Source: Bdellovibrionales bacterium
GTDB taxonomy: Bacteria; Bdellovibrionota; Bdellovibrionia; Bdellovibrionales; JAUICD01
Direction: 5' to 3'
Assembly (NCBI GenBank): GCA_965203875.1
Contig: OZ241914.1
Span: 1,521,589-1,585,588 of the forward strand
DNA: 64,000 nucleotides
The notes under the pieces were generated by a model, which worked only from the letters and a program-made list of their open reading frames with translations, was not told the DNA's origin and did not search any database. Below are positions 9,836 to 19,528 of this stretch, one piece after another; positions within the stretch are counted from its first letter, which is position 1, and each line of letters opens with the position of its first letter. Made by a program: the position numbers and the translations under genes.

Positions 9836-10103
9836 AAACAATAAGACCCTAAGCAAATATTTTTGTAGTACACCTTGAATGTTGGATAACATTTTATCAA
9901 ACTCTAACTTAGCTTCACTTTCGACCTTTGGCCTAACCACTACGCTAGTGTACATTTATTAAAAACTTTAGAGACTTTCAAAAAGTCTGTTGGAATATAC
10001 CTTGAACGTTGGGCAACGTTTTTAATAAGCACACATCAGCTTCACTTTGACCTACGGTCGGGCCGTTTTGCTATGTATGCTTATTAAAAACGAAGACCTT
10101 TAA
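9836..10103 (+). repeat. structured intergenic repeat, tandem copies B and C
   Basis: caccttgaatgttgg / taccttgaacgttgg heads about 127 bp apart; copy C stem 10019-10036 pairs with 10073-10090. Confidence 0.85.
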
Positions 10104-10190
10104 GGACCTTAGTCTATGCACTTACAAGTGCCAGAGTAACTGATTGATAATACATAGCTAAATAATATAAATTATAACCCAGGTATTTAT

Positions 10191-11813
10191 ATGAAAAGTG
10201 TAGCTATAGACATCGGTTCTTACTCTATAAAAATAGCAGATTTAGAATCTAACAAAACAGGAAACTATCAGATAAACGAATGCCTAGAGATAACTACACC
10301 CACAGATGAAAGCGACCGTCTATCATTCCTGGAACAAACTTTAAAAAAAATTGCACACCATTACCAAAAACAGTCAGTAAGATACGTACTACAAGTAAAT
10401 CAAAAATACATAGGCACACAATACTGCTCCTTTCCAATAAAAGAAAAACACAAGATAATAAAGAGCTTACCTTTCCAACTAGCAGAAGACGTTCCATTTA
10501 ACTCGAACAATATGGTATACGAATCTAAGTTTCTGGCTTCAGTAGGAAACAACACAGAACTACTAGCTTTAATAGTAAATAAACAACATGTAGCAGAAAT
10601 TTTGGAACTAGTAAGAGATTGTGGAATAGAACCAGATATTATAACCGCACCATCGATTGCACTATCTAACTTTATTTCCGACTGGTCAGGATCTATACCT
10701 AGCTCCAAACGCCCTTTACTTACTCAAAGCAACTACCAAAGCGATGAACAAATAACACCATCCAAAGTAATAATGGATATTGGGCATAAAACAACAAACA
10801 TAATGATCCACATAAACGGCTCAATCGTACAAAGTAACACAATATTTTTTGGGGGATCAGATATTATAGAAGACCTGGCCAAAGCATACCAGCTTCCAAA
10901 CAACGAAGCCACACAACATCTGATCGAAAAAGGCTTTGTACTAGCATCAGAAGAAAATGCATCAGAAAACCAAGTATTTTTCTCAAACACTATCAAAAAA
11001 AGTGTAAAGGCAGGACTAATAAAGCCAGCAGACCAAATCTTTCTATCGGCCAAAAGCAAAACACAACTATCTTTAGAAAGTATCCACATTGCAGGCGGTG
11101 TAGCAGGGCTTACAAATTTAACAGACTATCTAACAAAAGAATTCAATATAGAAACATACGTGTTACACAGTGGTAAACTAGAATCCAAATTCAATAATGC
11201 AGTTGCGATGGCCATCGAAGGATTTAGAACTCCTAAAAATCCTCCAGTTAATTTCATAAAAGATGAGCTGTCACCAAAAAGCCAATTTTTCTACAATCTA
11301 TGGAAAGCATACGGTCATATGATAAGAGTAGGAGCAGTTTGTGTATTATTACTCTTTATCCATGGCATTGTAAAAGGACACTTTGCTGACAAACTTTCAA
11401 ACGAAGGCTACGAAAAATTGCAAAAACTGGCAAAATCCTCAGATTTTAAAATCAAAAAACCATCCGCCAGTAAAATAAATAGGTTTGTAAAAAACAAATC
11501 TAAAGAAATAAAATCTTTAGACGAATTATCCAAGCTTACTAAAAGCAAATCAGCCATAGAAATACTAGAAGAAATAAGCGTGGGAATACCTAGCAAAAGA
11601 AAAATTAAGCTAGATGTAAAAAAACTAACAATCCAAAACAACAAAGTAAATATACAAGGTTTAGTAGATAATCAAAATCAACAACAGTCTCTTTTGATAG
11701 CTCTAAGAAATATGTCCAGTAACAAAAAGGTTGTCACTACTCAACCACAATTTACAACAAACGATCCTACTAAAATTGCATTTGCATACACATTTAGTGT
11801 AGGAAATAAGTAG
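10191..11813 (+). CDS. gspL: type II secretion GspL / PilM-like actin-fold protein
   Basis: IDIGSYSIK, MDIGHKTT, IAGG actin-like motifs, one TM helix and a periplasmic domain. Confidence 0.75.
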   Translation: MKSVAIDIGSYSIKIADLESNKTGNYQINECLEITTPTDESDRLSFLEQTLKKIAHHYQKQSVRYVLQVNQKYIGTQYCSFPIKEKHKIIKSLPFQLAEDVPFNSNNMVYESKFLASVGNNTELLALIVNKQHVAEILELVRDCGIEPDIITAPSIALSNFISDWSGSIPSSKRPLLTQSNYQSDEQITPSKVIMDIGHKTTNIMIHINGSIVQSNTIFFGGSDIIEDLAKAYQLPNNEATQHLIEKGFVLASEENASENQVFFSNTIKKSVKAGLIKPADQIFLSAKSKTQLSLESIHIAGGVAGLTNLTDYLTKEFNIETYVLHSGKLESKFNNAVAMAIEGFRTPKNPPVNFIKDELSPKSQFFYNLWKAYGHMIRVGAVCVLLLFIHGIVKGHFADKLSNEGYEKLQKLAKSSDFKIKKPSASKINRFVKNKSKEIKSLDELSKLTKSKSAIEILEEISVGIPSKRKIKLDVKKLTIQNNKVNIQGLVDNQNQQQSLLIALRNMSSNKKVVTTQPQFTTNDPTKIAFAYTFSVGNK

Positions 11814-11815
11814 CC

Positions 11816-12532
11816 ATGCTAGAAAATTTAAAAAATACAATCCTAGCAAGATTAAATACTTTTCAAGATTCTGCCATCTATATAGCACTAGAAGAAAAGT
11901 ACGATAGATTACAACCATCACAACAGTTAATGATAAAACTAGGATCGACCCTGTTAATATTTGCAAGCGTTTTTTTAATAATTCAATCGTTATTTTCAAA
12001 CGCTTCAACTAAAATTGAAGATTTTAACAATAGCAGAGCATTGATTAGCAAATTAAGTAACTTGAAAACTAGCATGAACAGTAGCCCATTAGTACCAACA
12101 ACACCTGGAAGATCCGAACTTATACAAAGAATCAACTCAGCAGTTCAAAGTTCAAATGTAGCGTCTCAACAAATAATAAACATAAGTAATGCCAATATAA
12201 AAAAAGATATTAAAACTTCATCCTTGGATACTTCTGGCATTGAAGTAAAACTAAAAACATTAAACTTAACTCAAATCGCAGATGTAGCATCTAAAATACA
12301 AGATATTTCTAGTTCCATAAAAATTGTCTCTGTTGACATATCAAATAGTACCGAAGAACCTAGATATTTTGATGTTAATTACAAGATAGCTGCCTTTTAT
12401 CCAAAAGTTGCAAAAATAGAACCAGATGATGATAAAGAAGATAAAAAATCTAAAAGACGCAAGAAAAGAAGAGTTAAAAATAGAGACAAAGATAAAGACG
12501 AAGAAGAAGGTAAAGAAGAAGACAAAGAATGA
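11816..12532 (+). CDS. gspM: type II secretion GspM-like protein
   Basis: One N-terminal TM, periplasmic domain, position after gspL; charged low-complexity tail. Confidence 0.6.
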   Translation: MLENLKNTILARLNTFQDSAIYIALEEKYDRLQPSQQLMIKLGSTLLIFASVFLIIQSLFSNASTKIEDFNNSRALISKLSNLKTSMNSSPLVPTTPGRSELIQRINSAVQSSNVASQQIINISNANIKKDIKTSSLDTSGIEVKLKTLNLTQIADVASKIQDISSSIKIVSVDISNSTEEPRYFDVNYKIAAFYPKVAKIEPDDDKEDKKSKRRKKRRVKNRDKDKDEEEGKEEDKE

Positions 12533-13476
12533 AGTTTATCAAACCTATTATAAACATAATAAAATTTCATAAAATGAAAATAATTTTTTCTTTTGGATTA
12601 TTTATTTTATTTTTTATAGTTTTTTTTCCAAGAGAAGATCTATCAGCATTTATCTCTGGTAAAATAAGCAAATTGACCAATAATAGTATTATAATAGGCT
12701 TTGACAATATGAATTTTGATATTATTCCTTCACCTAGAATAAATTTTCAAAAGGTCAAGCTATCAACATCGGTTATTCAAGGTATAGAAGCAGAAAGACT
12801 AACCCTTTCCCCGTCTATTGTTTCACTACTTACTTTAAAGCCAGGTGCTTCTGTTTTCCTTAACGGTTTTTTTGACGGAAGTGCTATGCTAGGTTTTACA
12901 TCTAGCTTACCAACAGATGATGGCCAAGACATTTCACTAAATATTAATATCAATTCTATTAACATAGGTGAATTGACCAGCCTATTAAAACTACCAGCTA
13001 ATATTTCTGGCAAAATGAGTCTAAATGCAAAAGGCAATACCATAACAACAATGGATAGACAGCCAACATTCAACATAGGCTTGAAATTAAACAGTACACA
13101 ATTAACCAGCATATCAATACCAACACAAATAGGGCCGCTTGCTATTCCAAATATAACTTTGAATGCACTTTCATCACAAATAAGGCTAGATAAAGGCAAA
13201 CTACAAATTTCGTCTTTAAAAATAGATAATCGTAGCAGCATATACGGAAATGTAACCGGTACAGTTGATTTAGAATTTAAAAGTGGAAGAAGAGGTATAA
13301 GCCCACAGATGGGTGTGTACGACCTGAGATTCAATCTTGGTTTAACACCTGCCCTAGAACAAGAGATGAAAATTTACTTGGACGCTCTTGGGCTTTCAAA
13401 ATATAAAAAGGGCGGTATATATCAATTTATAGCAAACGGTACACCTTACGGTATACCTAGCATACGAGGTATGTAA
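12529..13476 (+). CDS. gspN: type II secretion GspN-like protein
   Basis: N-terminal TM ending FP, beta-rich body, C-terminal G-T-x-x-x-P; follows gspLM. Confidence 0.65.
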   Translation: MKFIKPIINIIKFHKMKIIFSFGLFILFFIVFFPREDLSAFISGKISKLTNNSIIIGFDNMNFDIIPSPRINFQKVKLSTSVIQGIEAERLTLSPSIVSLLTLKPGASVFLNGFFDGSAMLGFTSSLPTDDGQDISLNININSINIGELTSLLKLPANISGKMSLNAKGNTITTMDRQPTFNIGLKLNSTQLTSISIPTQIGPLAIPNITLNALSSQIRLDKGKLQISSLKIDNRSSIYGNVTGTVDLEFKSGRRGISPQMGVYDLRFNLGLTPALEQEMKIYLDALGLSKYKKGGIYQFIANGTPYGIPSIRGM

Positions 13477-14192
13477 GCGGTAAACAACACAGAAATTTCA
13501 TACAACAAAATCATAGGGATCATAAAAAACAGCATACTTACTACATCAGGTGGAGTTGCAAATGAAGATATACAAGCAAGTATGATGTATGCATAGCCTC
13601 GATTTTTCTTTAAAAACTTTTTATCTACAATACCCAATATACTTAAACCTGTTAATACCAGAGGTAGCTCAAAAGCTAAGCCAAATATTAAAACAGTGGT
13701 GGTAAAAAATGATAGGTAATGGTTTATAGATATCATAGGTATATCTTTTCCATCACCAAAGTTTAATAAAAATTTAAATGCAATTGGATATATCACAAAA
13801 TATACGAATAAAATCCCTAAAAGAAATAAGAAACTACCAAAACCAACAAAAAATATAGTAATTTGTCTTTCGTTTTTATATAAGCCTGGAGAAATAAAAT
13901 TCCAAACTTGATATATCCAAAACGGGCAAGTGAAAATAACACCCCCAAGTAAAGCTATTTTCATATGAGCAAAAAATTTATCTGTTACACCAGTGTATAT
14001 CAAGCCTCTTGTGTCGGTGCCCAAGTAAGCAGATATAGGACTCCTGACAATGGAAAATAATAAATCATCAAAGAGCCAGCAAACCAAAGTTCCTACAGAA
14101 ATTATTAGGATTGATCTTATAAGTACTGATCTAAGCTCTCCAAGATGAGATAACATTCCATCATTTTTGTCTGTATTAGTATCGCTATTCAT
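13446..14192 (-). CDS. tatC: twin-arginine translocase TatC
   Basis: HLGELR, FISPGLY, FELP, TPPD. Confidence 0.95.
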   Translation of the reverse strand: MNSDTNTDKNDGMLSHLGELRSVLIRSILIISVGTLVCWLFDDLLFSIVRSPISAYLGTDTRGLIYTGVTDKFFAHMKIALLGGVIFTCPFWIYQVWNFISPGLYKNERQITIFFVGFGSFLFLLGILFVYFVIYPIAFKFLLNFGDGKDIPMISINHYLSFFTTTVLIFGLAFELPLVLTGLSILGIVDKKFLKKNRGYAYIILACISSFATPPDVVSMLFFMIPMILLYEISVLFTAYIPRMLGIP

Positions 14193-14196
14193 ATCA

Positions 14197-14406
14197 TTAA
14201 GCCTTATCTATTTTATCTATTTGGTTTGTAGGTTTTTCTTTTTTAAAACTGAAGTCTAAATTTTTAGATACTTCAGTTATTACGCATCTAAGATCACTAA
14301 TAAGCCTAGCAATTATTTTGGAGGTACTTAAAAGATCTTTAGGGCCAAGCAATAATAGTGCTATTATAAAAATAGTCAGTAACTCTATGGTGCCAATACC
14401 AAGCAT
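14197..14406 (-). CDS. tatB: TatB/TatA family subunit
   Basis: GIG-x-x-ELL...LLGPKDL directly upstream of tatC. Confidence 0.7.
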   Translation of the reverse strand: MLGIGTIELLTIFIIALLLLGPKDLLSTSKIIARLISDLRCVITEVSKNLDFSFKKEKPTNQIDKIDKA

Positions 14407-14437
14407 AGTATGTATTTACATACTTAAGATAAGTTTT

Positions 14438-15031
14438 TCAAGAAAATGATCTACCTTCTGGTATATTTAAGCCTTCTTCAATTAGCTTATTCTTTGCTAT
14501 GTTGGATCCTGTCATAAGATATTTTTCATACAGCCTTAAAACATCTTCATCCGACTGTAAATTCACTTTCAGGCTTATGTAAGTCAGCAGCTCTACAAAA
14601 TTCATAAATTTTTCTGCAAATTCCTTATATAGTTCAGAAAAAGTTGGCTCATTTACGCTGTTAGCAAGCGTGCCATATGCACTCTCTCCAACATTAGTGT
14701 AATAATCTATATCAATTAGTTTTCTATTGAGTGAATCACCAAAAAAACCGCTAACATACAAAGTAGTGTCAGCTAATTTTTTTAGTATTTTAATATGTTC
14801 ATTAGACGATGAAGTTGCCTGTAACAACAATTCTGCTAGAGTATTAGATTGTGTATTCTGATCGATTTCCTCAACAGATGGTACAGAGCTTAAAAAGCTA
14901 TCCATCAAATCAACTAGATAGTAACTGGCAGTTTCTGATGGTTGAAATCTTATCTTGGTTTTTCCCTCATTGATCATCTCGAAGAAAAAAACCTTTGATG
15001 AGGTATAGATGTCGTCATGTGAGAAAGTCAT
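14438..15031 (-). CDS. conserved-looking hypothetical protein
   Basis: GGAGG SD; LADTTLYVSGFFGDSL...DIDYY; function unknown. Confidence 0.7.
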   Translation of the reverse strand: MTFSHDDIYTSSKVFFFEMINEGKTKIRFQPSETASYYLVDLMDSFLSSVPSVEEIDQNTQSNTLAELLLQATSSSNEHIKILKKLADTTLYVSGFFGDSLNRKLIDIDYYTNVGESAYGTLANSVNEPTFSELYKEFAEKFMNFVELLTYISLKVNLQSDEDVLRLYEKYLMTGSNIAKNKLIEEGLNIPEGRSFS

Positions 15032-15115
15032 ATACCTCCTCTATTTAGAAATGCTAGCATAAATGAAAAAATCATAAATAGAATATTTTGGCACTTAGAC
15101 CAAAGTCCAAGCTTA

Positions 15116-17668
15116 TTATTTACTATATACGACTAAAACTTCCTTGGAGGAAAAAATACGAGATGCAAGGTATTTTACTTGTGCACTTTTGACTGATTTA
15201 ATTTTGTTAGGATATTCAAACAAATATTTATCATCCAATCCTAACATTTTATTACTTAGGATTAATGAACTAATGGACGAATTTCTTTGTATACCTATTT
15301 GATAACTGCCTATTAGATATTTTTTTGCACCTTCTAATTTTTCTTCCTGTATGTCTTCTGTTATTTTTTTCAATTCAGTTCTTATCATAGAAATTGCAGT
15401 TTCTACTTTACTAGGATCACAAGCTATATAGACCGCAAAAAAACCTCCGTTCAAACCTAAAAATGTAACAGGGCACACTGTGTACGCTAAAGAAGCTTTA
15501 TCCCTTAGTTCTAAAAATAAACTACCACCTTGGCCGGATAACATTGCCTCCATTACTTTAAATGCGTACACAGCATTATCCAATACACTAATGGATTGAA
15601 AACCCAAAACCACGTGTGCTTGTGGTTTGTCAATTTTGTGAAAAACCTTTTTAGGCTCTATGAGCCGTTTAACATTTGGAAGATCATACACTTCGCCACT
15701 AGTGCACTTTATGCTGTTGACAAAATTTTGATAAACTTGGGCTTTGCCATTTCCTACAACTGAAATGTAAGGGTTTTTCATAAAAGTACGCCAATAATCT
15801 AAAACATCTTCTTTTTTTATATTGCTTATTGAAGTTAGATTTCCTAGTACGTCTTTTCCGTAAGTGTGTTGAAAAAATACATTTTTAACAAAGTCTGTTA
15901 TAGCTAACTTAGACGGATTATCTTCTAATGACTTTAGGTATTGCTGTATCTTAAGCTTTTCCCTATCCAGAATAGTATGATTAAATTTTGGTTTTAAAAG
16001 TATAGATTTTAATATTTTTATAAAATCATCAACATATGCAGTTAGAGTCACAACCGAAATCCCAAAAGCATTTTTGGTACAAAATGTTGTTAATGATGAA
16101 GCCCTACTATCTATAAACTCCTTTAGTTTAACTTCTGTCATATCCTGAGTTTCACAGATGGCCATCCTAGATGAAATAAGAGACAGCCCACTAAGCCTAC
16201 TACTCTCGTAACCAACACCACCTTTAAAGCCTACTGATATACTAACAGTGGGTGTACTGGTATTTGAATAAAACGAAGATTTAGAACTTAAAAAATAAAA
16301 TTTGGATTCCTTTGAAGTTGGTTCAAATGAACTGATACTTGCTTTTGGCTTTGATACACTTAACTCTTTCGGCTTAAGAACATTAGATAATTGAAAGCCT
16401 ATTTCATATCCATCACACCAATCTTGAAGCAAGCTGTTCATGTTTTTTTTATTAGTAATTGAAGATATAGTAACCTGATCTGGATTCAAATAAGAACCCA
16501 CTCTTAATATGTCATTTGTTGTAACCTGACTTGCTTTTTTTAAATACTTATCAAAATAATTTACATCTTGTGACATATGATAGTAGAAACCATATTTTCT
16601 AGACAAACCGTCCACGGTTTCCATCGCATAAAATTCTTCACTTTCTATCATACGTAAAGCTTTTACAAGCTCATCATCTTGGACAAAATTTCCAAGTACA
16701 TCTAATAGCTCTTCTCCTATTGCACATATTGCATCGGATACGTCTTGTTCAACAATTTTACATGATACCAAAAAAATACCATGATCTTTTAGCATGTATA
16801 TACCTGAGCTAACGGAAGATGCCAGAGGTTTAGCTTGTAACATCAAAGCTTTATGCAAACGTGAACTGTTAGAATATCCTAAGATTAAAGATAGCATCTC
16901 TAATGCTGGTGTATCTGGATGATCTAAAGTTGGAATAGGCCATGTGAAGTTAATTCTAGTTTGCTTGAATTTGGTTTGATCAACTGCGATTTTAGCTTTT
17001 AGCTTGGCTGGTTCTGGTGCTCGTTTTATTGTTTTTATATCACCGCTATTTTGACTAAAGATATCTAGTTTTTTCTTCATCTTCTGCGAGTCAAAATCTC
17101 CAGATACAACGATAGTTATATTTTCTGCACAATAACGATTGTTGTAGTAAGAGAGTATTTTTTTCCTTGAGAAGTTTTTTATATTTGATGGTTTCCCTAG
17201 TATAGGTCTGGAATAAGGGTGCGATTTAAACATTGATGAAAAGATCAGGTCACTAGCTGTACTACCAGGGCTGCCCTTTGATCTCTTAATTTCTTCTATG
17301 ACTACTTCTCGTTCTGCATCTATATCATCTATGTTAAAGCTAGGATGTATAACCATTTCTTTTATTACATCTAAGGCAACATCTTGGTAAGAACTGGCGA
17401 TTGTCACGTAATAGACGGTATGATCAAAGGAAGTGTAGGCATTTAATTCCCCACCCGAACTTTCCACAATAGAAGCTATTTCTCCTAAGGCATATTTTTT
17501 AGTACCTTTGAATAAAAGGTGTTCTATGAAGTGAGTTATACCAGATTCTGATTCTCTTTCGTCAGCACTACCTGTATTAATCCAAGCCTGCACAGAAACG
17601 ACTGGAGATTTACTTTCAGGTATTAAAATCACATTTGTTTTATTTTTTAATTTATATTTATGAATCAT
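15116..17668 (-). CDS. M16 (insulinase/pitrilysin) zinc peptidase
   Basis: HFIEH (HxxEH), NAYTS, second degenerate half with ELRDK...LAY. Confidence 0.92.
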   Translation of the reverse strand: MIHKYKLKNKTNVILIPESKSPVVSVQAWINTGSADERESESGITHFIEHLLFKGTKKYALGEIASIVESSGGELNAYTSFDHTVYYVTIASSYQDVALDVIKEMVIHPSFNIDDIDAEREVVIEEIKRSKGSPGSTASDLIFSSMFKSHPYSRPILGKPSNIKNFSRKKILSYYNNRYCAENITIVVSGDFDSQKMKKKLDIFSQNSGDIKTIKRAPEPAKLKAKIAVDQTKFKQTRINFTWPIPTLDHPDTPALEMLSLILGYSNSSRLHKALMLQAKPLASSVSSGIYMLKDHGIFLVSCKIVEQDVSDAICAIGEELLDVLGNFVQDDELVKALRMIESEEFYAMETVDGLSRKYGFYYHMSQDVNYFDKYLKKASQVTTNDILRVGSYLNPDQVTISSITNKKNMNSLLQDWCDGYEIGFQLSNVLKPKELSVSKPKASISSFEPTSKESKFYFLSSKSSFYSNTSTPTVSISVGFKGGVGYESSRLSGLSLISSRMAICETQDMTEVKLKEFIDSRASSLTTFCTKNAFGISVVTLTAYVDDFIKILKSILLKPKFNHTILDREKLKIQQYLKSLEDNPSKLAITDFVKNVFFQHTYGKDVLGNLTSISNIKKEDVLDYWRTFMKNPYISVVGNGKAQVYQNFVNSIKCTSGEVYDLPNVKRLIEPKKVFHKIDKPQAHVVLGFQSISVLDNAVYAFKVMEAMLSGQGGSLFLELRDKASLAYTVCPVTFLGLNGGFFAVYIACDPSKVETAISMIRTELKKITEDIQEEKLEGAKKYLIGSYQIGIQRNSSISSLILSNKMLGLDDKYLFEYPNKIKSVKSAQVKYLASRIFSSKEVLVVYSK

Positions 17669-17767
17669 GAGTTGAACAATCCAAAGTTGACAAATTCAAG
17701 TAAGTAAAAAATTAAAGTAACCAAAGTCTACTTGATTTTTTCATAGTTTACCACATATATTTCCAAC

Positions 17768-18901
17768 ATGTCACAAGCTGTGTATATTCACATACCATAC
17801 TGCAAGCAACTGTGCCATTATTGTAATTTTGCAAAGTATAAAGTTGGAAAAACAATTTCACCTTCTGATTACATAAATTTGCTAAACTTAGAAATAAAAC
17901 ACATGTCACATTTTATAAAAAATCCCAACAGCATTTATTTAGGAGGTGGTACACCCAGCATGATTGGGGCGAAAAACATTAGGCGTATTTTAGATATGAT
18001 AGGCGTGTGTGACGACATAACTGTAGAAGTAGACCCTGGTACAGCTAATGCTGATGACATAGATGTATTGATTGAAGCTGGGGTCAACCGCATAAGCCTT
18101 GGCGTTCAGAGCATGAATGATATTTTTCTTAAAAAAATAGGTAGGACTCATACCGAAAAAGATACTTTGAGTTTGGTAGAAATTCTTAACAAAAGAAAAT
18201 TAAATTTCTCCATGGATCTACTGTTTGCATTGCCAAATCAAAGACTGTCCGATTTGCAGACCGACATAGATAAATTTCTAGCATGCGACCCCAAGCACAT
18301 AAGTACATATTTGCTGGAAATACCTAAAAGACATACCTTAGGTCAAAATAGAGCTGAGGAAATAGAACAAGTAGAAATGATAAAAGCCATAAACTACTCA
18401 CTTGGTAGAGCAAATTTTATAAGGTATGAATTATCCAACTACGCCAGGGCAGGATTTGAAAGCCGGCATAACTTGGCATACTGGAATGACTTGCCATACA
18501 TAGGCCTGGGACTATCCGCTCATTCATATATAAAAGAAATGGGAAGGTGGGGTGCAAGGCTATGGAACGCAAGAAACATGAAACAATATGCCAGCCAAGT
18601 TAGCACAACCTATATGTGCAGAAACGCAGAAGTTCTAACCATGGCCAACTCATTAACCGATTTTTGTCATACACAACTTAGAAAATTAGAAGGGCTTTCA
18701 TGCGATGCATTAAAGAGCAAGTATGGTGCTGGAGCATACGAAGTATTTTTAAATCGTGCTAATTTGATCTCAGACGAGGGCTATATTATCATGGGTCGGA
18801 AAATTTTACTGTCCGAAAAGGGAAAACTTTTTTTAAATGTTATATTAGAAAAACTTTTATTTTCAGATGAGGATTTGGCGGATATAAGGTTTATAGCATG
18901 A
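17768..18901 (+). CDS. hemW: radical SAM heme chaperone HemW
   Basis: YIHIPYCKQLCHYC, GGGTPS, YELSN, HNLAYW. Confidence 0.9.
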   Translation: MSQAVYIHIPYCKQLCHYCNFAKYKVGKTISPSDYINLLNLEIKHMSHFIKNPNSIYLGGGTPSMIGAKNIRRILDMIGVCDDITVEVDPGTANADDIDVLIEAGVNRISLGVQSMNDIFLKKIGRTHTEKDTLSLVEILNKRKLNFSMDLLFALPNQRLSDLQTDIDKFLACDPKHISTYLLEIPKRHTLGQNRAEEIEQVEMIKAINYSLGRANFIRYELSNYARAGFESRHNLAYWNDLPYIGLGLSAHSYIKEMGRWGARLWNARNMKQYASQVSTTYMCRNAEVLTMANSLTDFCHTQLRKLEGLSCDALKSKYGAGAYEVFLNRANLISDEGYIIMGRKILLSEKGKLFLNVILEKLLFSDEDLADIRFIA

Positions 18902-19527
18902 AAACTAATACAAAAGATGACACAAACAATTCTGATATAGAGGCTGAAGCTAACGAACAGCCTAAATCTGAAGAGACTGTCAGTAACAATGACAGTCCAG
19001 ATGAATCTAATGACACCATAAGCATAAATAAAAAAGAATACGATAAACTTGTAGCTGATCTTGAAAAACAAAAAAAAGATTACTTATATCTCTACGCAGA
19101 GATGGACAACCTGAGGAAGAGAACAGTAAAAGAGCGGACCGATTTGATAAAATATGGAACTCAAAATGTATTTACTAGTCTTTTAGATATTGTGGATAAT
19201 TTCCAAAGAGCTTTGTCAGCCAAAGTTGACAAAGATAATGAGCAGTCTTTTTTAGACGGTGTTAAGTTAATTAACGAATTATTACTAAACCTTTTAAAAG
19301 AATTTTCGGTAACTGAAGTTGCGTCTTTAGGTGAAGCTTTTGACCCAACAGTGCATGAAGCTATAGGAACGGAGCCTTCTGATACCGTACCAGAAGGACA
19401 TATTTGTAAAGTTTTAGTAAAGCCATATAAATTACACGACAGAACTATAAGAGTAGGCCGTGTGATTGTGGTTAATAACCAAAATGAGAAAAACTCTGAT
19501 TTATCTACAACATCTGAAGATCAATAA
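18898..19527 (+). CDS. grpE: nucleotide exchange factor GrpE
   Basis: AEMDNLRKR, FDPTVHEA. Confidence 0.95.
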   Translation: MKTNTKDDTNNSDIEAEANEQPKSEETVSNNDSPDESNDTISINKKEYDKLVADLEKQKKDYLYLYAEMDNLRKRTVKERTDLIKYGTQNVFTSLLDIVDNFQRALSAKVDKDNEQSFLDGVKLINELLLNLLKEFSVTEVASLGEAFDPTVHEAIGTEPSDTVPEGHICKVLVKPYKLHDRTIRVGRVIVVNNQNEKNSDLSTTSEDQ

Positions 19528-19528
19528 A

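Noticed and set aside
9931-10014. Canonical integron attC (GCCTAAC ... GTTGGGC)
   Set aside because: The core-like heptamers do not close the main hairpin, L boxes and spacing do not fit, cores vary among copies, and no integrase is in the window.
9836-10103. Tandem repeats as a CRISPR array
   Set aside because: Units are about 125 bp, degenerate, lack unique spacers, and no cas genes are present.
19466-19528. Extended N terminus of the LpoA-like ORF overlapping grpE
   Set aside because: A clean lipoprotein signal starts at ATG 19529, just after the grpE stop.
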